DNA of 63,903 bases, filler included, from Reclinomonas americana ATCC 50394 (GCA_048213135.1; 28 parts of 28 records of this genome joined end to end with filler, not necessarily neighbours in it), one strand, 5' to 3'. Shown: positions 24,377 through 35,389, counted from the first letter of the whole stretch. Program-made: numbers and translations. Notes: generated by a model from the letters alone, not told the origin.

Positions 24377-26388
24377 CCTGCGCTGGTTCCGCACCAGCGC
24401 GCTCGGCTCGATGCCGGGCTGGTGCCCGCCCGGCCTGCCGATCGGACCGTATCGTCCCGTGCTGCGGATCGAGAGCGAGGCGAATGCGCCGAAGATCGAA
24501 TCCGTCGATCTGCGCACCCGCTATGATGGGCAGACCGGCACCGTCGCGCTATCGGTCACGCTGGCCGCGAACTCGCGGCTGCCGCTTAGGGCGGTCATGC
24601 GCTGCGCCGGCGGCGAGACGGCCTTGCACGCAGATGGTGACGGTCAATTAGCCGGAACATTGTCGCTCCCCGGCATCGCGCCCTGGTTCCCGCATACCCA
24701 TGGCGAGCCGGTGCTGCACGATCTCACCCTACTGCTCGATGGCGAGACGGTCGAACTCGGCCGCGTCGGCTTCCGCTCGCTCGAGGTTGACCGCGGCGAC
24801 GATGGCGAGGGCTTCGGCCTGATCGTCAACGGCGTACCGGTGTTTTGCCGCGGCGCCTGCTGGAGCAATGCCAATGTCACCACGCTGGCCGGTGGCCGCG
24901 GGTCTTACGAGCCCTGGCTCCGGCTGGCGCGCGATGCCGGCATGAACATGATCCGCCTGCCGGGCGTGATGACCTATGAGGACGACGCCTTCTTCGCGCT
25001 CTGCGACGAGCTTGGCATCATGGTCTGGCAAGAGATGATGCTGGCCAATTTCGACTATCCGCAGGGCGATGCCGGCTTCCGCGCCGCCATCAAGGCGGAA
25101 GCCGAGGCACTGCTGGATTGCACACAAGGCTCGCCCAGCCTCGCGGTGCTCTGCGGCGGCAGCGAGGTCTTCCAGCAATCGGCGATGCTAGGCGCGCCGC
25201 CGGAAGCCTGGTCCGGCCCGATCTTCGACGAGGTCCTGCCGGAGGCGGTCGCCACTTTCAGGCCCGACATCGCCTATGTCCCGAACTCGCCCTCGGGCGG
25301 GCCGCTGCCCTTCGTCGCCGACAAGGGCGTGACGCATTATTACGGAGTCGGCGCCTATATGCGCGGTCTCGACGATGCCCGCCGCGCCAATGTCCGCTTC
25401 GCCGCCGAGAGCCTCGCCTTCGCCAATGTGCCGGAAGAGGTCTCGCTGCGTTCCGGCAAGCCGCCGGCGATCACCCATCATCCCGACTGGAAGCGCGCCG
25501 TGCCACGCGATGCCGGCGCCTCCTGGGATTTCGAGGATGTGCGCGACCATTATCTCGAACGGCTCTACGGCCTCGAACCGGCGCGTCTGCGGCGCGAGGA
25601 CCCGGAGCGCTATTTCGCCCTATCACGCGCAGTTGTCGCCGAGGTGATGGAGGAGACCTTCGCCGAATGGCGCCGGCCAGCCTCGCCGACGCGAGGGGCG
25701 CTGGTTTGGCTGCTGCAGGACCTCCAGCTCGGCGCCGGCTGGGGCGTCATCGCCAGTGACGGCGAGCCGAAATCGGCCTGGCACGGGCTCGCCCGTGCTT
25801 TCCGTCCGGTCCAGCTCACGCTCACCGACGAGGGCGTCAACGGGCTCAGCCTGCATGCCCTGAACGAGCGTCCGGAGCCGCTGGCTGCCACCGTCGAGCT
25901 GACCTGCTGGCGCGCAGGCGAGGTCGCGGTGATCAAGGCGAAGCGCGAGATCGCGCTCGCTCCGCGCGCGGCGGTGACGCTCTCGGCCTTCGACCTGATC
26001 GGCCGCTTCTTCGACATCGCCTATGCCTATCGCTTCGGCCCGCCCGGCCACGACGTGACCTCGGCCGTGCTGCGCGATGCCGCGAGCGGCGCGGTGCTGG
26101 CCGAAGCCTTCCACTTTCCGCTCGGGCGCGGCCATGAACGCCATCAGTGCGGGCTTGCCGCAAAGCTGGAGCGCGAAGGCGACGACTGGAGCGTGGTGAT
26201 CTCGACCCAGCGCTTCGCGCAATCGGTCGAGATCGTCGATCACGCCTGGCGGCCGGAGCGGAGCTGGTTCCATCTCGCGCCAGGCGAGCCGCGACGGGTC
26301 CGTCTGCTCCGCCGCGTAGGCGCGAGCGGCGAGCCGTCAGGTGAGGTTCGCGCGGTCAACGCACTCGACCGGGGGCGGCTACGCGGCG
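24377..26388 (+). CDS. Glycoside hydrolase family 2 (beta-mannosidase-like), partial
   Basis: WFPHTHGEPVLH, VNGVPVFCRGACW, GMNMIRL, LCDELGIMVWQE and SPSLAVLCGGSE. Confidence 0.9.
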
Positions 26389-26488
26389 NNNNNNNNNNNN
26401 NNNNNNNNNNNNNNNNNNNNNNNNNNNNNNNNTTAATTAATTAANNNNNNNNNNNNNNNNNNNNNNNNNNNNNNNNNNNNNNNNNNNN

Positions 26489-26589
26489 TCGACCGCTTCC
26501 GGCGTGACGGCGATGGGCGCCTTCTCCCTAGAGACACGGACGATCTCGTCGATCGTCAGGTCGAAGCCGGTGATGTCGACATGGCTCAT
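26489..26589 (-). CDS. Probable aromatic amino-acid/histidine ammonia-lyase N-terminus (fragment)
   Basis: MSHVDITGFDLTIDEIVRVSREKAPIAVTPEAV resembles HAL/PAL N-termini. RBS-like AGGA upstream. Only 33 aa visible. Confidence 0.5.
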
Positions 26590-26755
26590 GATCGCTCGTC
26601 CTGTCCTTCGGCGCATTTGCGCTCGCTTGCTCAATAAAGCGAAGCTTCGAGGCGGGGAGGGGCGCGGCCTCGATTTCACTTCGCGAAACGCTGCGCAGGG
26701 CGCCGAGCCGAGTTCCGTCATTCGACTAGTTTCACGCCCTCGAACGGGCGGGCGC

Positions 26756-27625
26756 ATGGCAATCACCTACGAGCTGGTCAAGGAGGTCACCGCCAATCTC
26801 TATGATTGGTCGCTGCGCCGTATTCCTGAGTCCTCCAAGGCCGAGTTCCGCAAGGCGCTGGCGAGCGAAACCGAGCCGCAGGCCCGCCAGACGCTCGCCT
26901 TCATGCTCGACAGCGCCGAGCGGGCCGAGACGACTGGCAAGTTCCTCTGCTCCGATGCCGGGGTGCCGAGCTACTCGATCAAGATCGGCTCCGGCGCCCG
27001 CATGGAGGGCGACATCCGCCAGGCGATCGTCGACGGCTTCGCCGAGCTCACCCGCACAATCCAGCCGCCGCTGCTGCGCTTCGTCACCAACCCGCTGACC
27101 AATGAACGCAGCTTTCACGGCAAGGACATGCCGCTGGTCTCCTGGGACCTCGTCGGCGAGGGCGATTATCTCGACATCACCTGCGCGCCCAAGGCGCTTG
27201 GCGGCGGACGCTGGGCCGCGATCGAGATACTGGTCAGCCCGAGCCTCGACGAGATCGAGCGCTGCATCCTTGAGATCGTATTGCGCGCCGGCGGCCAGCA
27301 TTGCCCGCCGGTGGTGATCGGCGTCGGCATCGGGGGCACCTTCGACCATGCGGCCAAGCTCTCCAAGGACGCGACCTTGCGCCCGTTCGGCGAACGCAAT
27401 TCCGAGCCGATGGTCGCGGAGATGGAGGAGCGCCTGACCCGCGCCGTCAACCAGATGGGTTTCGGCCCGATGGGCGTCGGCGGCGCGACCACGACCTTCG
27501 GCGTCCACATCGAATACGCCTCCGGCCATGGCTTCACCCCGGTCGCCGTCTCGTTCAATTGCTGGATCAACCGGCGGACGCGGGCACGGATCTACAATTC
27601 CGGCGTGGTGGAGCGGATCGAATGA
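26756..27625 (+). CDS. Fe-S hydro-lyase alpha subunit (tartrate dehydratase/class I fumarase family)
   Basis: Three Cys motifs LCSDAG, HCPPVVIGVGIGG and NCW, plus GFGPMGVGG. Confidence 0.9.
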   Translation: MAITYELVKEVTANLYDWSLRRIPESSKAEFRKALASETEPQARQTLAFMLDSAERAETTGKFLCSDAGVPSYSIKIGSGARMEGDIRQAIVDGFAELTRTIQPPLLRFVTNPLTNERSFHGKDMPLVSWDLVGEGDYLDITCAPKALGGGRWAAIEILVSPSLDEIERCILEIVLRAGGQHCPPVVIGVGIGGTFDHAAKLSKDATLRPFGERNSEPMVAEMEERLTRAVNQMGFGPMGVGGATTTFGVHIEYASGHGFTPVAVSFNCWINRRTRARIYNSGVVERIE

Positions 27626-27799
27626 CGAGTCTGTCTCCCATCCGCCTGACCCTGCCGCTGACGCCAGAAGCGGCCCGCGCGCTTAAGGTCGGCGATGTCG
27701 TGCTGCTCGACGGCGATGCCGTCGCGACGGTCGGCATGCCCACCCAGAAGCGCATGGTCGCGGGGGTCGAGGCTGGGGGCGAGCTGCCGCTTTCGCTGC
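27622..27799 (+). CDS. Fe-S hydro-lyase beta subunit, 3' partial
   Basis: ATGA overlap with the alpha subunit. LTLPLTPEAARALKVGDVVLLDG is the typical beta N-terminus. Confidence 0.85.
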
Positions 27800-27899
27800 N
27801 NNNNNNNNNNNNNNNNNNNNNNNNNNNNNNNNNNNNNNNNNNNTTAATTAATTAANNNNNNNNNNNNNNNNNNNNNNNNNNNNNNNNNNNNNNNNNNNN

Positions 27900-28742
27900 C
27901 GTGGCCTCTACCCGCCGCCGCCCGGCGCCACCGACCTGCCCGGGCTCGATGTTTCCGGCGTGGTCGAGGCCGTCGGTGCCGAGGTCGCCTGGCCGAAGGT
28001 CGGCGATTCCGTCTGCGCGCTCGCAAATGGCGGCGGCTATGCCGAGTTCTGCGCCGTGCCGGCCCTGCAATGCATGCCACTGCCGGAGGGCTTCTCCTTC
28101 GCTGAGGCGGCGGCGCTGCCGGAGGTGTTCTTCACCGCCTGGAACAATGTCGTCTGGCTCGGCCGGCTCGCCGATGGCGAGACCCTGCTAGTCCAGGGCG
28201 GCACCAGCGGCGTCGGCATGGCGGCGATCCAGATCGCCAGGCAATTGCGTGGCGCCCGCGTGATTGCGACCGCCGGGTCCGCTGAGAAACGCGCCGTCTG
28301 CCTGGAGATCGGCGCCGATTTTGCCGTCGATTACCGCGCCGACTGGGTCGCGGAGATCGAGGCGGCGATCGGCAAGGAGAAGGTCGATGTCGTCCTCGAT
28401 GCGCAGGCCGGCCCCTATACCGAAAAGCAGCTGCAATTGCTGGCGCCCGATGGCCGCGTCGTGCTGATCGCCAGCCATCTCGGCCAGATGGCCGAGGTCA
28501 ATGTCCGCAATATCGTCCGCCGCCGGCTGACCCTGACCGGCTCGACTCTGCGGCCGCGCGATGCCGCCTATAAGGGGCGGATCGCGGCCAAGCTGGTTGA
28601 GAAGGTCTGGCCGCTCTTGGAGAGTGGGGCGATCCGCAGCCATATCTGCGCGAGCTTCGACTGGCGCGATGTCCGCGACGCGCACGCGCTGATGGATGCC
28701 GGCGACCAGGTCGGCAAGGTCGTCCTGACCATGCCGGAATAG
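27900..28742 (+). CDS. NAD(P)H-quinone oxidoreductase (PIG3/MDR family), 5' partial
   Basis: GLYPPPPGATDLPGLDVSG, GGGYAEF, AAALPEVFFTAW, GGTSGVG, LTGSTLRPR and GKVVL. Confidence 0.93.
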   Translation, partial: RGLYPPPPGATDLPGLDVSGVVEAVGAEVAWPKVGDSVCALANGGGYAEFCAVPALQCMPLPEGFSFAEAAALPEVFFTAWNNVVWLGRLADGETLLVQGGTSGVGMAAIQIARQLRGARVIATAGSAEKRAVCLEIGADFAVDYRADWVAEIEAAIGKEKVDVVLDAQAGPYTEKQLQLLAPDGRVVLIASHLGQMAEVNVRNIVRRRLTLTGSTLRPRDAAYKGRIAAKLVEKVWPLLESGAIRSHICASFDWRDVRDAHALMDAGDQVGKVVLTMPE

Positions 28743-28827
28743 TCCGGCCGGCTGCGCGAATAACTATCCCGTCGCGAGAATTCTCATCTAGAACAGCGGT
28801 TCGTGCTCGCTTAGCCGGATCCGCCGC

Positions 28828-29631
28828 GTGTTCTCCTTCGCGCCCGTCCAGTCCGTTCTCAAGGCGCTGCGGCTGCTGACCGAGGTCAACCGCTGTAGCG
28901 TCGCGACCGTGGGCGAATTGCATCGCCGCACCGGCATGCCGAAGCCGACGATCGTGCGCCTGCTCGAGACGTTGATCGAGGCCGGCTATGTCGTGCGCGA
29001 CGAGCGCATGCGCGGCTATCTCGTCACCTCGCAGGTGGCGCATCTGAGTTCGGGCTTCCATGGTGCGCCGCTGGTGATCGAGGCGGCGCGGCCCTGGGCG
29101 ACGGCGCTGACGCGCCAGATCAAATGGCCCTGCGCCGTCTGCCTGCTCGACTACGATGCCGTGGTCGTGCGCTTCTCGACGATCCCCGACAGTCCGATCT
29201 CGCCCTTCCATGCGACGCTCGGCTACCGTCTCAACTTGGGTGGCCGGGCGCTCGGGCGCGCCTATCTCGCCTTCTGTCCCGACGAGGAACGTGAGGTGCT
29301 GCGCGCCGCGATGCGTGGCTCGGCCGAGCCCGAGAACAGCAGTCTCAGCGACGAGGACGTCGAGCGCATGATCGAGCAGGCGCGCTGGCGCGGTTATACC
29401 GAGCGTGATCCAGCTGCCGAACCGAAGAATTCCGCGACGATCGCGGTGCCGATCAAGCTCGGCGAGCGCGTGCTTGCAACCTTCGGCGTCACCTTCTTCC
29501 GCGCCGCGGTGTCCAACCCCGAGGACAAGGCCAGGATCATCCATCCGCTGAAGAAAGCGGCTTCGAATATCGAGGCCCAGCTGGAGGCGCTCTCGCAATC
29601 CATGGGCGTTGCGTTTCAAGGCGAGAAATAG
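28828..29631 (+). CDS. IclR-family transcriptional regulator (MhpR-like)
   Basis: N-terminal HTH ELHRRTGMPKPTIVRLLETLIEAGYV. Effector domain with ALGRAYLAF and IAVPI. Confidence 0.92.
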   Translation: MFSFAPVQSVLKALRLLTEVNRCSVATVGELHRRTGMPKPTIVRLLETLIEAGYVVRDERMRGYLVTSQVAHLSSGFHGAPLVIEAARPWATALTRQIKWPCAVCLLDYDAVVVRFSTIPDSPISPFHATLGYRLNLGGRALGRAYLAFCPDEEREVLRAAMRGSAEPENSSLSDEDVERMIEQARWRGYTERDPAAEPKNSATIAVPIKLGERVLATFGVTFFRAAVSNPEDKARIIHPLKKAASNIEAQLEALSQSMGVAFQGEK

Positions 29632-29715
29632 CGGCGCTTTCCGAAGGGGCGCGCACCAGCCGTGCCTAGTGTCCGGACAACCGCTGCAAAGCGATCTTGT
29701 CCGGAGGAAACCTCA

Positions 29716-30702
29716 ATGATGCGGCCGATCTCTCGCCGTGGCTTCATGGCGTCGCTTGCAGGCGCCAGCGCGCTGGCTGCCGGCGGGCGGGCTCTTGCCG
29801 ACATTTGGCCGAGCCGGCCGGTCACCATCGTCGTGCCGTTCCCCGCCGGCGCCTCGACCGATGTCGTCGCCCGTCTTCTGGCGGAAAAGCTGCGCAGCGA
29901 GCTCGGCCAGGGTTTCGTCGTCGAGAACAAGACGGGTGCCGGCGGCAATATTGCCGCGACCGGCGTCGTCCGGGCCGCGGCGGACGGCTATACGCTGCTG
30001 TTCTCGTCCTCGGGGCCGCTCGCCACCAACAAGCTGCTCTACAAGAAGCTCACCTTCGATCCGCTCGCCGATTTCGCTCCAGTCGCATTGCTCGGCGACG
30101 TCCAGGGCATCGTCGCGGTGCATCCCTCGCTGCCGGTCAAGTCCTTCGCCGAGCTCGTGGCCTACGGTAAGGCCAATCCGGGCAAGCTCACCTTCGGCAG
30201 CCCCGGCTTCGGGCTGATGGGCCATGTCACCGGCGAGCTGATCCAGCGCAAGGCCGATTTCCAGATGACGCATGTGCCCTACCGCGGCTCGGCCCCGCTC
30301 TCGACCGACCTGCTGGCCGGCACGGTCAACGTCGCCATCGACTTCATCCCGGCCTATATCCCGCATGTCAAAAGCGGCGCCATCCGCGCGCTCGCGGTGA
30401 CCAGCGACCAGCGCGCGCCGCAATTGCCTGATGTGCCGACCCTGGTCGAGGCCGGTCTGCCGGACGTCAACGCGACCGGCTGGTTCGCGATGGTCGGGCC
30501 GAAGGGACTGCCCGAGCCGATCATCGCGCGCATCGCTGCGATCACGCGGGCCTATGTCGAGAGCGCGGAAGGGCGCGAGAAGCTCGCGACGATCGGCGTG
30601 CGTTCGCTGAGCGGCGATGCGGGGGCCGTGAAGGCTGCGCAGACCCAGGAGGTGGCGAAGTGGGCGGATGTCGTGAAGGCTGCGGCGATCTCGCTGGATT
30701 GA
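29716..30702 (+). CDS. Bug/TctC tripartite tricarboxylate transporter substrate-binding protein (Tat signal)
   Basis: SRRGF Tat motif, WPSRPVTIVVPFPAGASTD, VENKTGAGG, HVPYRGSAP and LPDVPT. GGAGG RBS. Confidence 0.95.
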   Translation: MMRPISRRGFMASLAGASALAAGGRALADIWPSRPVTIVVPFPAGASTDVVARLLAEKLRSELGQGFVVENKTGAGGNIAATGVVRAAADGYTLLFSSSGPLATNKLLYKKLTFDPLADFAPVALLGDVQGIVAVHPSLPVKSFAELVAYGKANPGKLTFGSPGFGLMGHVTGELIQRKADFQMTHVPYRGSAPLSTDLLAGTVNVAIDFIPAYIPHVKSGAIRALAVTSDQRAPQLPDVPTLVEAGLPDVNATGWFAMVGPKGLPEPIIARIAAITRAYVESAEGREKLATIGVRSLSGDAGAVKAAQTQEVAKWADVVKAAAISLD

Positions 30703-30719
30703 TCCGAGAGTTACGAAAC

Positions 30720-30762
30720 GGGAGCTTGGCCTGAGGTTCGCCTAGGCCAAGCCCCTGTTTTC
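30720..30762 (+). terminator. Probable intrinsic terminator
   Basis: Stem GCTTGGCCT (30724-30732) / AGGCCAAGC (30744-30752) followed by TGTTTT, just after the Bug gene. Confidence 0.55.
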
Positions 30763-30999
30763 CATTTGGTTATGACTCGTCGAGCTGCGTGACGTGGCCA
30801 AGGTGGCGATTGGGCCATGCAGCCGACCTTCGATCACGGCCGGAAAGCAGACATAACCGGGCGACCGTTGCTGACTGACCGCTATCGGCTCTCAGCGGGC
30901 ATTCGCAAGAGTCCCTGCTCACCAAGCGAGCTACGGGCTGGTCAGTGCACCCCGATTTCCTCCCCTGGGCCAATTTGTCGCCCCGAGCCTGCCCTGCCC

Positions 31000-31015
31000 C
31001 TAACTCGCCATTAAC
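31000..31015 (+). promoter_or_regulatory. CtrA-box-like site upstream of motA
   Basis: CTAA-N7-TTAAC, one mismatch to TTAA-N7-TTAAC, about 75 bp before motA. Confidence 0.55.
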
Positions 31016-31090
31016 CTCAATCGTTCATTTCCTCAGAGGAGTAGTGGCTTCGCGCGGGCTGTAGCCGCTGCGGTGCGAGGGTGACACACC

Positions 31091-31277
31091 ATGCGGCTGA
31101 TCGTCGGCGCAATCATTGTCTTCGTCTGCGTCTTCGGCAGTTACGCGGCCATGGGTGGCCATCTCGAGGTCCTTTGGCAGCCGTTCGAGTTCGTCATCAT
31201 TCTCGGTGCAGCGATCGGTGCCTTCGTCATCGGCAATCCCCGCCGGTGCTCAGGCCGTGCCGTCCATGCTCGGCACG
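31091..31277 (+). CDS. motA: Flagellar motor stator protein MotA, 3' partial
   Basis: MRLIVGAIIVFVCVFGSYAAMGGHLEVLWQPFEFVIILGAAIGAFVIGN. Confidence 0.92.
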
Positions 31278-31377
31278 NNNNNNNNNNNNNNNNNNNNNNN
31301 NNNNNNNNNNNNNNNNNNNNNTTAATTAATTAANNNNNNNNNNNNNNNNNNNNNNNNNNNNNNNNNNNNNNNNNNNN

Positions 31378-32213
31378 GAGAAGATGTCGATCATCTGGTT
31401 CAGCCCGGGCAGGACCGAGCGCGAGGTGTGGATCGAGGGCGGCGGGATCACGGTCAGCGACGGCGCTGCCATCAATTCATGCTCGTCCTCGCGCCAGATC
31501 CGCATGTCCGGCGTCCACGGCCAGCGGATGTCGTGGATGTAGCCGCCATCGATCACGAGGGAGCCCTGCTCGAAATCGTCATGGTGATGCGGCGAGAGCG
31601 CGGTGACGTCGCGCAGGCCGAGGCGCGGGTCGAGCATGTTCACCATCAGCGTCGTGCAGCGGAAGATGCGCCCGAAGCGGCCTTCGCCGCCGCCGGCTTC
31701 GAGGCTGTAGGCGCGGACCTTGAAGCCGCCACGCGGCTCCGGCCAGGGCTCGAGCAACGCGACATTGGCATGGGGCTGCGCATAGGAAGCGGCGTTCGAG
31801 CAGGCCGCCGCCAGATCGGCCGCGACGCTGGAGAAGATGCGGATGACGCGCCCGGCGCCCTTCAGCGTGATGCGCGATGCACCCGGCGGCACGAAGACGA
31901 TCGAGCCGCCCGCGACCTCGACCGTCTCGGCCCCGGCCGTGACCGTCGCGCTAAGCTCCTTCTCCGGCAGGATCAGGCAGTATTCGTCCGGCTGCGCCGC
32001 GCGCGCCAGCACGGCGCCCGGCTGCACGTCCGAATAGGCGACGATGAAGTTCTGGCCGCGGGCTAGCCAGGTGCGCTCGTTTTCGCCCGTCTGCTGCGGT
32101 TCTTCGGCATAGAAACGGGCATAGTCGGCGCCGGCATAGGCCTTGACCGGGGCGGCCTTGGCCGCGGCCGGAGCGGCGAGCTTCGAGCGCGGATCGCTGG
32201 AGGGATAGCTCAC
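31378..32213 (-). CDS. Hypothetical cupin-like (beta-barrel, His-rich) protein, 3' partial
   Basis: GTG start with RBS-like GGAG, GSIVFVPPG, SPHHHDDFEQGS and VIPPPSIHTS. Confidence 0.6.
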
Positions 32214-32226
32214 GGGTCGGTTTCTC

Positions 32227-32723
32227 CTATCGCGAGCCTGGGTTCTCGACCCGGCTCCTGGCTGTCTGCATCTGCGCCAGGGCTTCACTCGCCGCCTTGC
32301 GCAGAAAACCCTGGTCGGAGGAGAGGATGAAGGCGCTGGCGCCGCGCTCGGCGAACCCCGCGGATTCCTCGCCATTATCGGTCATCACGCAGACCGGCTT
32401 GCCGGCCTTCTTCGCGGCCCGCAGAATCGTGTCGACGGCGTCGCGGACCTCAGGCGCATCGCGGGTCGGCGCACCGAAGGCGACGGTGAGGTCACCGCGG
32501 CCGATGAAGACGGCATCGAGCCCATCCACGGCAAGGATCGCGTCGATCTCAGCCAGCGCCGCTGGGTCCTCGATCATGGCGATCGTCGCCACCGCCGCAT
32601 CGGCGGCATCGACGAGGTCCCACATCTTGCTGCCGCCATAGCGGCCGGCGCGGGTGACGCCGGAGAAACCGCGCTTGCCGCCGCGATAGCGGCAGGCGGC
32701 GACGAGCGCCTGCGCATCCGCGG
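32227..32723 (-). CDS. HpcH/HpaI aldolase family protein, 5' partial
   Basis: ACRYRGGKRGFS, IAMIEDP, IDAILAVDGLDAVFIGRGDL and SSDQGFL. Confidence 0.9.
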
Positions 32724-32823
32724 NNNNNNNNNNNNNNNNNNNNNNNNNNNNNNNNNNNNNNNNNNNNTTAATTAATTAANNNNNNNNNNNNNNNNNNNNN
32801 NNNNNNNNNNNNNNNNNNNNNNN

Positions 32824-33046
32824 CCTGTTGCGTTACCGCGACCCGCAGTGGCTCGAGGGCGTGGCTCTCAGGGATCTACCGGATTCCGGTGCGATTCGAC
32901 TCGTCGACCTCGTCGCGCTCCTCGACGACGCGCCAAACAGCGCACTCGGAGCGGCATACGCCCTCATATGGTCCGACATCGCTCGATGCGATCTCAGCCG
33001 TCCGCTGAGCATGTCCGCCGTAGTCCGATTCGGGCCAGACCGATGA
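32824..33046 (+). CDS. tnsA: TnsA-like endonuclease subunit, C-terminal fragment
   Basis: AYALIWSDIARCDLSRPLSMSAVV resembles the TnsA C-terminal winged helix. ATGA overlap with tnsB. Confidence 0.7.
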
Positions 33047-34298
33047 TCGTCCATCCCGGCGACTTGGTGAGATGGAACGACGAAGACCTGCAAGTCGTCG
33101 CTGTCCGGGCGACCTACACCACGCTGCGCAACGCCGAGATGGGCGAGGATCTCGAGGTACTGAACGCCGATCTCGCTGAGCGCGGCGAGCCAGCAACAGT
33201 GCGGTCGACGACCGACGTGTTGGACTTGGGTGTCCTTGACGAGCTCCCACCCGCCGACCGCAAAGTCGTGGACGTGTGGCTCGAAGAACTCGACCGACTC
33301 TCGGACCTCCTTGAAGCCGGGACGAAGAAGACGCCTGCCTACCAGGTGACCGTCGACAATGTGAATCGTCGACTTGGAACGGACTACAACGCGATCAAGG
33401 TGACGCGGCAGCTTGCCGCTCTCGACGAGTTCGGCGTCGCTGGGCTTCTTGACCGGCGCCGATTCGGGATGGCGGACAGGCCTCGATCAACACAGGATCC
33501 GCGTCTCATCGAAGCGATCGTCTCCGCGATGGACGGTCAGACTCGAGCGTCGACCGGCACGGCCGACCGTCTGATCTGGATGGTAGAGCGCGATCTCGAA
33601 ACCCGGTACGGAAAAGGCGCGGTTGACGTGCCCAGCAGGGCAACGGTCTATCGCCTGATGGAACGGTTGGAAGCCGGACGGCACACATTCGGAACGGCGC
33701 GCACGCGCAGGACGACGGCGAACCAGCCCAGCCACGTCTTCGGCAACCGGACTGGGATGCGCCCCGGCGAACAGGTCTTGATCGACACCACTCCGATGGA
33801 GATTCTCGTCGATTGCGACGGGGAACAGGTGCGTCCTGACCTCACGATCCTGCTCGACGAATGCTCTCGGAGCGTTCCGGGCGCGATCGTGACGATCGGC
33901 ACGCGCAGCATCGATCTCGTTGTCCTGCTCGCACGCGCTCTCGTCCCGTACGCCTACCGGCCCGAGGGTGTTCGCGCCAACCGTCGAAACATCGCCCAAG
34001 CCTGGGTGGGAGACGACGACCTCATTGCGCAACGCTTTGAGGACGCACGCGACGCGCAACAGTACATCTTCCCCGAGACGATCACCACAGACCGAGGAGC
34101 ATCCTATGTGTCGAGACACTTCACCGATGCATGNNNNNNNNNNNNNNNNNNNNNNNNNNNNNNNNNNNNNNNNNNNNTTAATTAATTAANNNNNNNNNNN
34201 NNNNNNNNNNNNNNNNNNNNNNNNNNNNNNNNNCTGCGTCCAGCTGGCCGGTGGCGCCTCCGTTCGGGCTCACGCGTCAAGCGGAAGGAACGGAGTGA
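33043..34298 (+). CDS. tnsB: TnsB/Mu-like DDE transposase, interrupted by an assembly gap
   Basis: HTH VPSRATVYRL, first Asp in RPGEQVLIDTTP, LTILLDECSR and second Asp in PETITTDRG. A short tail (...TRQAEGTE*) ends at 34298, overlapping the tnsC start. Confidence 0.9.
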
Positions 34299-35389
34299 TG
34301 TTCGACGATCTGCTCGCCCAGTTCGACTTCGATGCCCCGACCGTGAACTTCGATTACACGACGAAGGAAGGATGGCGGGAGTTCGTCGAGTTCGATGCTC
34401 CACGTCCCGCGCCTTGCACCATGAGCGCGTACGAGGAGATGGCCTCATCGGACCGAGCAATCTACAACATCGCTCGCGAGCGCTTCATGTCGGTGGGTGC
34501 TCGTATCGCCACACCCTCACTTCGGAGATTCGTTGCGGCAGCCAGCAGTGCGATGGCCGACAATCGCTCGCCCGACGCGAGCAAATCCGGAGTCGTCATC
34601 TCCGGACGACCAAGTATGGGGAAGACGACGGCCGTCCAAGAGTTCGGGCGAGCATATGAACGAGCGCGGCGAGAACGTGCGGGTACTCGAAGAAAGGACC
34701 TGATCCCCGTCGCCTTCGCTCAAGTGCCCACGCACGCGACCGAGAAGACGATGATGAAGAAGCTCGCGGAGTTCTACGCGCTTCCGTTCTCTCAGACAGC
34801 GTCCTACGAGACGCTGCTGGGTCGGGTGAGCAACGTGATGCGGGCCTGTGAGACGGAGATCGTCATCATCGACGATATCCATCGCCTCGATCTGCGCTAT
34901 CGCGCGAGCGAACAAGCGGCGGACGCGCTCAAGGAACTCTCGGAACGCTGCCCCGGAACGATGATCTACGCCGGAGTGAACGTCGCGCAGAACGGGCTCT
35001 TCTGGGGGTCCCGGGGAGAACAGATCATGGCCAGATTTGAGACTGTCCAGTTCGACGAGTACGACGTCGCAACCAACGAGGGAGCTGCGGTCTGGGGAAG
35101 GGTCCTCACTGAACTTGAAGACTCGCTCTGCCTCATCCGTCAGACTGAAGGCGACATTCTGAGGATTGCCGCGGAGCTTCGCGAGATCTCGCGAGGATCG
35201 CTGGGACGCATGGCCAAGGCGATTCGGCGTTGCGCTCGCGATGCGATTCGTGATCGTTCCGAACAACTCGACCTGGATCATCTCCTAGTGGTTCTCGAGA
35301 CGATACGGCGACTTGAAGATCGCGTAGCCGACGAAGCGGCACAGAGCACACGACGATCACGAGGGCGACGGGCGAAGGCTGGCCGATGA
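34295..35389 (+). CDS. tnsC: TnsC/TniB AAA+ ATPase
   Basis: Walker A GRPSMGKT, Walker B IVIIDDIH, IPVAFAQVP, TMIYAGV and QIMARF. Confidence 0.92.
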   Translation: MMFDDLLAQFDFDAPTVNFDYTTKEGWREFVEFDAPRPAPCTMSAYEEMASSDRAIYNIARERFMSVGARIATPSLRRFVAAASSAMADNRSPDASKSGVVISGRPSMGKTTAVQEFGRAYERARRERAGTRRKDLIPVAFAQVPTHATEKTMMKKLAEFYALPFSQTASYETLLGRVSNVMRACETEIVIIDDIHRLDLRYRASEQAADALKELSERCPGTMIYAGVNVAQNGLFWGSRGEQIMARFETVQFDEYDVATNEGAAVWGRVLTELEDSLCLIRQTEGDILRIAAELREISRGSLGRMAKAIRRCARDAIRDRSEQLDLDHLLVVLETIRRLEDRVADEAAQSTRRSRGRRAKAGR

